From Candidatus Moanibacter sp. (GTDB lineage Bacteria > Verrucomicrobiota > Verrucomicrobiia > Opitutales > UBA2987), in the NCBI GenBank assembly GCA_965215885.1, contig CBDCEW010000096.1, positions 1-64,000 of the forward strand: 64,000 nt of DNA, written 5' to 3'. The position numbers and the translations under genes were made by a program. Of this stretch, positions 53,824 to 62,121 are shown in pieces (position 1 is the first letter of the stretch; the number at the start of each line of letters is the position of its first letter). The notes below the pieces were generated by a model, which was not told where the DNA came from, ran no database searches, and saw nothing but the letters and a program-made list of their open reading frames with translations.

Positions 53824-54698
53824 ATGAAGAATTTGTCGATAGTCGAATCCGCCCGCACTTCACGATCCTCCAGGATTCCCAACACCCGCCTCAAGCGGAT
53901 GCTCGCCGTTATTCTCGTTTCCCTCAAACGGTCGAAAAGCGCCGGTGCCTTCTACCTGAATTTTATAAAGCGGCTCCTCGACGGGGTTCTCGCTTCTGTC
54001 CTTCGCAATAAACCTGCTTTCGCGATGGCCGCCGCCGCCGCGTTCACGGTCAACCTCCCGCCACCGCTTTACGCAGTGGATGTCCCCTTCGGCGCCCAAC
54101 AGGTAATCAGCCTGGCGGATGGCGCCACCTTCGCCTTTGCCGTGGACGGGGATGGGGACATCGACGCGCTCTCGGCCTCGTTTCGTGACGACAAGATCGT
54201 CTGGTTTGACAATACCAATGGGGTTGGAACCGCCTGGACGGCTCGAACCATTACGCCCGCGGCGGATTACGCCTACTCCGTCTTTGCCGGGGACGTGGAC
54301 GGGGATGGGGACATCGACGCACTCTCGGCTTCCCGTAATGACGATAAGATCGTCTGGTATGAGAATACGAATGGGGTTGGAACAGCCTGGACGCCTCGAA
54401 CCATTGCGACCGGGGCGGATTTCGCGTTCTCCGTCTTTGCCGCGACGTGGACGGGGATGGGGACCTCGACGCCCTCTCGGCCTCTACTTATGACGATAAG
54501 ATCGCCTGGTATGAGAATACCAACGGGGTTGGAACAGCCTGGACGGCTCGAACCATTACGACCGGGGCGGATTACGCCTACTCCGTTTTGCCGCTGACGG
54601 GGACGGTGACGGGGACATCGACACGCTCTCGGCCTCGCTTTCTGACGACACGATCGCCTGGTTTGAGAACCGTGGAGGACAGTTTGGCCTCACGACCA
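53824..54698 (+). pseudogene. FG-GAP/VCBS repeat protein, frameshifted and truncated by IS1380
   Basis: Four ~150-bp repeats encoding DVDGDGDIDALSAS..DDKI.WYEN; frame breaks near 54440 and 54590. Confidence 0.85.
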
Positions 54699-56552
54699 CT
54701 AATCCTAAAATAAGCGCGTTTAAAGGTTGAACAGGAAACTTCGTTATTCCTAACGTTATTTGCCATGCTGGCGGTAGTTTTGCCGCCGCCACCCTTGGGC
54801 TGGTTTCATGTTTTGCTTTTTTTGAGTCATATCCGTTCTGTTTTAACGTTAGTTCTGTCCCCTTTTTTGGATACGCCGACAGTCCTTCCGTTGTGGCTGT
54901 GCGTTCGCGGTTACTTGATCTGCTACCCAGGCGACATAGATCGGAATCGCTCCCAGGTGCTGATAAAATCTCCCATCCACTCGTTCCAGCTTAAAAGCCG
55001 ATAAACAATTCGGCGCCCGCTTCGGATGATTTGCGCGGGGAGCAAGATGATGGCGTGAAGGAAGCGCCGAAACTCCATCTTCACGATCTCCAACCCCCGC
55101 TGGCGGTTGGGCATGAGTAATCCATACCACGCCTTCAGGTTCCAGGCCAATGCTGTCATTACCATATAGGCCCAATTGCTCAAAAGATCATCCACGGGCA
55201 TACGCATCGCATTAACCCCGTTTTTGAGTTGCTCAATAACGTTCTCCTGATCGCAGCGTTGATTCGCAAAGGCGACCACCTGCTCCTTAGTCAGGTCCCT
55301 ACGATTTGTGATATAAAAAAAGTAGCGGATCTCATCAAAGAGCACTACTTCGCCCTTTTGCACACTGATGTTCTTACGCACCACCACCATCCGATAGGTC
55401 TTTTTGCACTTGTTGGGCCGATAGTCCAACTCGGCCACACTTTCTGCCTCCAGCACCTTGTTTTCAAAACCCTTCTGGTGCACGATCCCTTCCTTCACTC
55501 GCGGCGCTTTAGCTCTCGATTCGGTCGCTATTTCATGCTTGGGCAACCGCTCCAGTTCGCTCCAGGCCGTCTCTCTGAACTCCTCGGCCAGTCCCACCAC
55601 TTTGGGATGCGCATCCATTCCGAAGATAAATCCCGTTCCTTCTTCATCCCACCGATCGAAGTTTTCTGTCAACGAAAAGTCCGTATCCCCTCGCAAGCAG
55701 ATTTTCCCCGCATGCGCACGCACAAGTTCCACCGCCCGATCAATCCACTTTACGCATCCCTCATGGCTAGTCTCATTGCCCGGTCGATTCACCATGTAGA
55801 GCACTTCCCTGGTATTTGCCAAACTCACGATCAGCGGTGCATAGCCCCAGATCCCCTTATAGCTTATTCCCATACCCCCTTTGCACTTCCCTCTCGTCTG
55901 CGCTATCGTCCCGTCCACATCGATGAACGCCTCCTCCATGAATCCTTTTGCCTGCTTGTTCCACACCCCTTGCCGTATCCGGTTGATCCCTTCCATCAAT
56001 TTTTCGATCGCGCCTTCATCAAAGCGTCGGGTGAAGTCTCCACTGGTCGTCGGATCCGGTATCCTCTGCGCTCCTAAGGCATTCAGAAAAACCTCGTCCT
56101 TGCGGCGCAATTCGATGTCTTCGAGCCGGATCCCTCCCAATAATGCGTTGTAGGCTATGTTGAGCACATGATCACTCTCATGATACGGCAGGTGGCGCTT
56201 GAGCAACTGCACGCTCTGGTCGAGCTCTTCCACCAACCCCAGTCTCTTCACCATCAGGTGAATCGCTCCTATCCCTCCACAACTCACCCCTTTGCCTCGT
56301 TCGGCCGTCTCGTAGTGGATGTTGCTCGCTTTGAACATCGGTTTGGCCTGTTCAGGCCAGCCCCGATTTCTAAGCCGATGCTTTATTCTTCTCTTGCTAT
56401 TGTGGAGGTTCTTGCGGTATCTTCTTTTCACTCGAAACGTCCTTTTTTCTGGGTGGTTTTTTTGGTCGATTAACAGTTTTCCCAGTATCTAAGCGCGTTT
56501 CGAGCTTTTTATTGCGTTAGGTATATTCCAATCACACTTGTTCGAGGTCTAG
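54699..56552 (-). mobile_element. IS1380-family element; no TSD seen
   Basis: Imperfect TIR CTAATCCTAAAATAAGCGCG versus CTAGACCTCGAACAAGTGTG; unrelated broken genes on the two sides. Confidence 0.75.
54923..56431 (-). CDS. IS1380-family transposase
   Basis: PDPTTSGDF, IDVDGT, LRGDTDF, RCDQENVIEQLK. Confidence 0.9.
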   Translation of the reverse strand: MKRRYRKNLHNSKRRIKHRLRNRGWPEQAKPMFKASNIHYETAERGKGVSCGGIGAIHLMVKRLGLVEELDQSVQLLKRHLPYHESDHVLNIAYNALLGGIRLEDIELRRKDEVFLNALGAQRIPDPTTSGDFTRRFDEGAIEKLMEGINRIRQGVWNKQAKGFMEEAFIDVDGTIAQTRGKCKGGMGISYKGIWGYAPLIVSLANTREVLYMVNRPGNETSHEGCVKWIDRAVELVRAHAGKICLRGDTDFSLTENFDRWDEEGTGFIFGMDAHPKVVGLAEEFRETAWSELERLPKHEIATESRAKAPRVKEGIVHQKGFENKVLEAESVAELDYRPNKCKKTYRMVVVRKNISVQKGEVVLFDEIRYFFYITNRRDLTKEQVVAFANQRCDQENVIEQLKNGVNAMRMPVDDLLSNWAYMVMTALAWNLKAWYGLLMPNRQRGLEIVKMEFRRFLHAIILLPAQIIRSGRRIVYRLLSWNEWMGDFISTWERFRSMSPG

Positions 56553-56762
56553 GCTGTAGTCGAGCGACTTCAGCTTAGTTCCCTTAGAGATTGCAGCACT
56601 CGCGTTCGCAAGGTTCTCAACACTGCTTGCCGCAGCCCGTGGGAGATGATCGGTAATTGCATGTTTGGAATCCCACTCTTGCACTAATGAGTCTGCTATT
56701 CCATAGAACGCCAGCGTCTTCTGATAGACGTGGAGTTTCTCGTGATTGAAGGTAGCGCTCAA
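56553..56762 (-). pseudogene. Four-helix-bundle (23S rRNA IVP/Avd-like) protein truncated by IS1380
   Basis: FNHEKLHVYQ...DHLPRAAASSVENLA. Confidence 0.7.
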
Positions 56763-56814
56763 GTTTCAGTGGAGATTAGAGCACAGTATTGGACCGCGCA
56801 AGTAGAGATGAAGA

Positions 56815-57020
56815 ATCGACCAAGTTTGCGACAAAGCTTACGATGAGGTTTGAGAGGGTAAGATTTCCCGAAACTTTGTCGCGAGCTTTGTCGTTAGCTT
56901 CGTCGACATCTTTCCGGTCGCAGCCGGTTCATTCCGGCCGCCCGAGGAGAAGAAAGTAGAATCGGAGAATCGACCAAGTTTACGACGAAGCTTACGACAA
57001 AGACTCCCTAACGAGGCGAA
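56815..57020. repeat. Alternating inverted 12-bp motif cluster, same family as 36764-37255
   Basis: TCGACCAAGTTTGCGACAAAGCTTACGA ... AACTTTGTCGCGAGCTTTGTCG ... TCGACCAAGTTTACGACGAAGCTTACGACAAAG. Confidence 0.8.
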
Positions 57021-57092
57021 GACTTCAGGTTCCGTTCTCGGCATTCTTGATGTCTCTCGATTGCCGGGATTGATTGCAAGGGAAGATAACGA

Positions 57093-58526
57093 GTGACATC
57101 TCGACGGGATTTCATAAAATTGACCGGATTAATTGTTTCCAGCATGGCTTTCCCCGCGATCGACTCTAAGTCGGGATTAGTTAAGAGTAGACCGAATATC
57201 CTCTGGATTCATGTGGACGATATTTCTCCCCACACGAGCTGTTACGGGGAGACGGCAATAGAGACGCCTAATATCGACCGTCTGGCACGGGAAGGCGTGC
57301 TCTTCAGAAATGCATTTTCAACCTCACCGGTATGTTCTCCGGCCCGTTCGGCGTTGATCACGGGGATGTACCAGACTTCGATTAATGCTCAGCATCATCG
57401 TTCCTATCGCTATAAAGTGAAAAATGAGCTGCCCGAGTTCGTTGAAACGCTACCCCGGACGTTTCAAAACCATGGATACTATACCGTCCTGGCTCATGTA
57501 CAACATCCAGCCAAACAGCGATATTTTCCGGCAAATCCGAAGAACCTGGGAAAATCAGACTACAATTTTGAGTGGGATACCGAGATCTACGATTCAGGTG
57601 GCTCTCCCGGACTGCAGTTCAATGATTGGAAGGGCTGGACTCCCGATAATCCATTCTTCGCGCAGGTGCAACTGCGAGGGGGGAAATGCCGACCAAAAGA
57701 CATCGCGGATAGCATCAACCGGAAAAGCATCCGATACCCTCCCTATTATCCCCACCATCCGATTCTTAGCGAGCGTTGGGCCGATTACCTCGCGTCTTTA
57801 ATCCATCTCGACAAGGAAGTAGGTCTGATTCTGGATCAATTGGAATCCCGCGGTCTCAAGGAAAGCACGGTAGTCTTCTTCTTCTCGGATCACGGTCTCG
57901 AGCATATTCGACACAAGCAGAGCCTCTATGACGGCGGCATCCAAATTCCTCTGATCGTACGATGGCCGGCAACCGTGACGCCGGACACAAGACGGTCCGA
58001 TCCAGTCCTTCAGATCGATATCGCGGCATCTTCTCTGGAAGCGGCAGGTATACCAATTCCCGCACGTATGGAAGGCGTTCCCCTATTCGGAGCCAACTCT
58101 CGCACACGAGAATTTATCGTTGCGGCACGCGATCGCAGCGGAGCAGATATCGACCGGATACGCTGTGTTCGCACCGAACGGTTTAAGTACATTCGTAATT
58201 TCCACCCGAACAAACCGTATTTTGAAAATAGCAACTACATGTATAACAGACGCATGTCGAAGGTCATGCGAGAGCTACACGAAGCAGAGAAACTTGATTC
58301 CGTACAAGCGGCGTTTATAGGGCCGCATCGACCTGCTGAGGAATTGTATGATCTGCAGGTTGATCCATACGAGGTGCATAATCTGGCCAAAAGTCAAAAA
58401 TGGCGCAAACTCCTTGCCGACATGAGGAAAATCCTGACTGAATGGATCTGTCAAACCGGTGATATGGGCCAGCATCCAGAGCGCAGGGACGAGATCGACG
58501 AAAATACATGGTACCACCGCACATGA
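57093..58526 (+). CDS. Tat-exported sulfatase
   Basis: SRRDFIK, HVDD, CSPARS, SDHG, EELYDL..DP.E. Confidence 0.9.
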   Translation: MTSRRDFIKLTGLIVSSMAFPAIDSKSGLVKSRPNILWIHVDDISPHTSCYGETAIETPNIDRLAREGVLFRNAFSTSPVCSPARSALITGMYQTSINAQHHRSYRYKVKNELPEFVETLPRTFQNHGYYTVLAHVQHPAKQRYFPANPKNLGKSDYNFEWDTEIYDSGGSPGLQFNDWKGWTPDNPFFAQVQLRGGKCRPKDIADSINRKSIRYPPYYPHHPILSERWADYLASLIHLDKEVGLILDQLESRGLKESTVVFFFSDHGLEHIRHKQSLYDGGIQIPLIVRWPATVTPDTRRSDPVLQIDIAASSLEAAGIPIPARMEGVPLFGANSRTREFIVAARDRSGADIDRIRCVRTERFKYIRNFHPNKPYFENSNYMYNRRMSKVMRELHEAEKLDSVQAAFIGPHRPAEELYDLQVDPYEVHNLAKSQKWRKLLADMRKILTEWICQTGDMGQHPERRDEIDENTWYHRT

Positions 58527-58573
58527 AACGTCTTCGCGCACAGAAAACACCGAAGATCTCAAAGATTCTCGGG

Positions 58574-58755
58574 CTAGCCCGGACATTTCACACACATCGT
58601 AGCGAGATCGCGTAGCTTGCTGGGAATCAATGCCCTATCGCAGTCCGGCGGGCGACAGCGTGTTAGAACCTTCTGAGGTCGCGGGACAAGAGAAGGCTTT
58701 GAGACGCAGTGAGATCCGCGATCGCAGCAGATGGTTTGTGAAATGTCCGGGCTAG
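58574..58755. mobile_element. MITE-A copy 4 (diverged)
   Basis: TIRs, CTAG flanks, 182 bp. Confidence 0.9.
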
Positions 58756-58863
58756 GAATTTGCCGGACGTTAGTACGTGTGTAGCGTGATTTGAAGCTGC
58801 CCCGGTCTTGCGCCGGGGTGCCGCACGTTTTACAGCTACAATCAGTCAATGGCACCGCGCTTA

Positions 58864-58919
58864 CCCTCCGCCCCTTCTCGCCCCAGTGCGCCCGGACTGG
58901 GGCGAGAAGGGGCGGAGGG
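58864..58919. repeat. Perfect 24-bp-stem hairpin inside a larger palindromic element
   Basis: CCCTCCGCCCCTTCTCGCCCCAGT-8 nt-ACTGGGGCGAGAAGGGGCGGAGGG. Confidence 0.85.
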
Positions 58920-58972
58920 CATGGAAGCATCCGGTGTATAGCAAGAAGCGTGCACCACCCCGGCGCAAGACC

Positions 58973-60346
58973 CATAAGCGCTAACTTGTTTGCTGACCTG
59001 GGAATCTGACCTCTAACTGTGGTCGGCGTTGCCGTGGAGACTCTGCTAAGCCTTGAGCTATATCGTTCCAATTTTCTATCACTTGTCGCAAAGGCACAGC
59101 GGGATCGACGGCCCGCTGGAGTTGATGGAAGACGAAGGCAAACTCACGCCATCGACTCTGCTGTTTTTTCCGGCTCCAGGACATATCCCCAGGGGGAAAT
59201 AGAGATCGCACTTTGAATGATCTTCTCGGTGATCAGGGCCGCGAAGAGCTTGCCATAGAGCCACGCCTTGGCGCTTTCATCGTCATACTTAGGCAGATGT
59301 CCTAACTGTGCGATCTGTTTGAATCGTTTGAAGACCAGTTCCACCTGCCAGCGGATACGATACCATTCGAGCACCTCCAGTGCGGAAAAGAGCGATTCAG
59401 GAAAAGTCGTCAGCACCATGACGTATTCGGCGTAATAGAGCGTTTCGGGCATCAGCTTCTCGCCCCGCCTGCTGGCGATTCGCCGCAATCTCTTGTGGGC
59501 CATGGCGATCGCTTGCTCGCTTTTGCGGATGGCACACACCCGCGCTGGCAACGGGGGCTGATCCGATGCGGGCACCATGACTGGCCAAGCGCCCACCTTG
59601 CCACCGGCCCCGATCTGCTCCAGGCAGGCGGTCAGGTTCAGAACCTCTCCCCGAGGATCGAGCAGCCGTATGTTGTGCGGTGCCAGCCGTATACTTACAA
59701 AAGCCCCTTGGGAGGCTGCATATTGAAGCCCGGAAGCCTGGCAGTATCCCCGATCGGCGATCACGTAGTCACCTGCTGCCAGCGGAAACTGTCTAAGCGA
59801 CTCGCCGGTGCCTTCACCTTGCGCTGGCGTAAGTTTGAAAAAATCGCACGCCATCGAAGGAACTCGCAAGCTATAGTGCACACGCCACAAGCTGCCCGTC
59901 TTCCCGGGTTCCTTCACCATCGTCGCATCGATCAGACGAAACTCCCGTTGCCCCACCGCCCCCAAATCCAGGCCACGCTCGCGAAACAATGCCACGCACA
60001 GCGAATAAAGCCAGTCCTTGCACTTGCGCAGCCGCTTCAGCAACGCTACGTCTGACAGTTCCGCCAACTGCGCCTGGCGCGCACGCACCACGGTTTCGCG
60101 CAGCGAATACCCACATGCCAGGTGCACCATCAGAATCCTCAGCAACTTCCCAGGTGCCTTGTCCCGGCGCAATCCCTTCAACGCGTTGGTCTTCTTAGCC
60201 AATTCTTTCCATTGCGGCGGGAAAAAAGACATCAGCACGCTCCAGTCTTCATCCATCATGGTCGACCTCCCTTCAATTCTGCTAACCTGTTGCGGAAGTC
60301 CACAGCAGGAAATGCACTATGTCAAGCAAACAAGTTAGCGCTTATG
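58973..60346 (-). mobile_element. IS4-family element with an 11-bp TSD
   Basis: TIR CATAAGCGCTAACTTGTTTGC; GGCGCAAGACC at 58962-58972 and 60347-60357. Confidence 0.95.
59144..60259 (-). CDS. IS4-family transposase
   Basis: IDAT, ADRGY, YRIRWQVELVFKRFK. Confidence 0.95.
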   Translation of the reverse strand: MMDEDWSVLMSFFPPQWKELAKKTNALKGLRRDKAPGKLLRILMVHLACGYSLRETVVRARQAQLAELSDVALLKRLRKCKDWLYSLCVALFRERGLDLGAVGQREFRLIDATMVKEPGKTGSLWRVHYSLRVPSMACDFFKLTPAQGEGTGESLRQFPLAAGDYVIADRGYCQASGLQYAASQGAFVSIRLAPHNIRLLDPRGEVLNLTACLEQIGAGGKVGAWPVMVPASDQPPLPARVCAIRKSEQAIAMAHKRLRRIASRRGEKLMPETLYYAEYVMVLTTFPESLFSALEVLEWYRIRWQVELVFKRFKQIAQLGHLPKYDDESAKAWLYGKLFAALITEKIIQSAISISPWGYVLEPEKTAESMA

Positions 60347-60430
60347 GGCGCAAGACCGGGGCAGCCGGCAATCGAATGCAGGACGCTAAACAGGTACGGA
60401 CGTTACGTCCGACAGAAAACTGAGGTAGTC

Positions 60431-60436
60431 CGTCAA
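60431..60436 (-). promoter_or_regulatory. -35 box of the IS110 circle-junction promoter (-10 TATAGT at 62110-62115)
   Basis: Joining the ends at CT gives TTGACG-N17-TATAGT. Confidence 0.8.
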
Positions 60437-60467
60437 GGGATTTTTTGAGTTTTTTCTCATGTTGTGT

Positions 60468-61778
60468 TTACAAGGCGTTGGCATTTGCTTGCTGAAGTCT
60501 TTTCCACACCGGTGAACCGGTGCGTTGGAGCGATTGGAGATACTTTTGCTCATCGTAGCGTTCGCTATTTTGCCAACAGCGAAACAGAATGCGGGTCCAC
60601 TTGAGAGCGAGGGCACGAAGAATGGTTTGGCGGGGTTTGCCCTGTTCTTTTTTGATCTGGTAAAAGGCCTTTGCCCAGGCACAGTTTCGGATCGAATGTT
60701 CGGCAAATTCAACGAAACTTTGCCGCACGAAGGTAGGAGCCGCCCACCGCCAGTTGACCATTCGTTTCGGTTGTCCGGTTCTTTTGTCCTGCCCGCTGTT
60801 GATCGTGACCGGAGCGGATCCATTCCACTGGGTCATGTTCTGGGCCGTTTCGAAGTGCGAACGATCGGTCCCGAACGCGCACAGCAACCGGGGACTCATG
60901 ACCTCGCCGGCTCCGGGAATGCCACTGAACACGGCTGCATCGGGATGGCTTCTGAATAGCTCCCTGATACGCTTCTCATACGCTTTGATCTGCGGGCACA
61001 GGGTCAAAAGCTGTCCGGCCAACGTCTGTGCTTTTCTGCTGGATGCTTCAATGATGGCTGCATCTTCGGTCAAGGCTCGTGCGTTACCGATCAATTCGAG
61101 ACGCTCCTGGATTTTGGCGTCACTGCGACAGTTGTGCTTATAGAAGAACTTTCGCAAGACACCCTCCGATGCTCTGTGCAGCTTCTTGAGGGTCGGCCAA
61201 CGCAATATAAAGTGCAGGCACAGGCCACTGCCTAGATCATCGAACAATTTCAAGACCAAAGGGTTATATTGCTTCAGACAACTGCCCAACTGCTGTTCGA
61301 GGCTGGTAGCCTGATCGACGAATCCACGGCGGTCCTCGCACAACAGGTTCAGCTCCCGTGTTTGGGCCGTGTCAGGTATGAAACATTTGGTAAAAAGCTC
61401 GGGATGTTTGAGGAAAAACTCCGCGTGTATTTGCGCATCGACCGGGTCGCTCTTGGCCCCTGATGGATACAGCGCCCGGCGATAATCCTTCGCCCTGGCC
61501 GCATGCACTGGATAGATATCGACAAACTCCAAGCCCATCAGAAAGTTGATCAACCCTCCTCGCTTCTGGTCCACCACCATGGCCATGCGCTTGCCCACGC
61601 TGGCATACTTTTCTCTCATCTCTACGGCAAATTCGTGCAAGCTGACCGCATCCTGCGCCACCTGTCGATGGGTCCCTTTTCCCGTTTCGCTCTCTATGAT
61701 CCACAGATCGTTTTTCTGATCCGCCCAATCAATTCCTATCACCACACTATATCGATTTGTTTTTTCCCTTTTCTGCAT
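60468..61778 (-). CDS. IS110-family recombinase
   Basis: GIDWAD, KSDPVDA, IPGAG, APVTINSG; intact. Confidence 0.95.
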   Translation of the reverse strand: MQKREKTNRYSVVIGIDWADQKNDLWIIESETGKGTHRQVAQDAVSLHEFAVEMREKYASVGKRMAMVVDQKRGGLINFLMGLEFVDIYPVHAARAKDYRRALYPSGAKSDPVDAQIHAEFFLKHPELFTKCFIPDTAQTRELNLLCEDRRGFVDQATSLEQQLGSCLKQYNPLVLKLFDDLGSGLCLHFILRWPTLKKLHRASEGVLRKFFYKHNCRSDAKIQERLELIGNARALTEDAAIIEASSRKAQTLAGQLLTLCPQIKAYEKRIRELFRSHPDAAVFSGIPGAGEVMSPRLLCAFGTDRSHFETAQNMTQWNGSAPVTINSGQDKRTGQPKRMVNWRWAAPTFVRQSFVEFAEHSIRNCAWAKAFYQIKKEQGKPRQTILRALALKWTRILFRCWQNSERYDEQKYLQSLQRTGSPVWKRLQQANANAL

Positions 61779-61811
61779 CCCTTTGTTCCTTTAGTTTGTC
61801 TTTTTGCTTTT

Positions 61812-62101
61812 TTCAAAGGCACTGGATGTCCAGGCGAAGTCCTTATAGTTGGATCCTGTTATGAGGATGTAAACTGAGTGTTCGTTTTCGGTCATCCAGG
61901 CAGGCCGTCCACTCGAAATTCTGTCGGAAGTCCTCTTCGGACTGATTCCTAAGTTCGTAGTGGACGGCTGCCTTTGAATATTTTCACCCTTAGCCAAACA
62001 ATCTCTTTGACCCATCGCCAACCACTGATCGGCCAAGTTATTCACAAAGGGGCCTCGCCGAGTTTTTCCTGCGGCTCCACTCGGCCCCTTGGATGAATAA
62101 C
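61812..62101 (-). ncRNA. Predicted IS110 bridge RNA: two 5' hairpins, target-binding loop, donor-binding loop
   Basis: Hand-folded stems with internal loops whose sequences match the target flanks and donor junction. Confidence 0.85.
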
Positions 62102-62121
62102 CTGGAGCTACTATAAGATTC

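Larger units (their letters stand above)
60414..62117 (-). mobile_element. IS110-family element bounded by a CT core
   Basis: Minus strand TAGGAAT-CT-TATAGT...CTCAGTTTT-CT-GTCGGA; no TIR. Confidence 0.9.

Noticed and set aside
53824..56762. Diversity-generating retroelement (Avd-like gene near variable repeats)
   Set aside because: No reverse transcriptase in the window and the repeat differences are not adenine-specific
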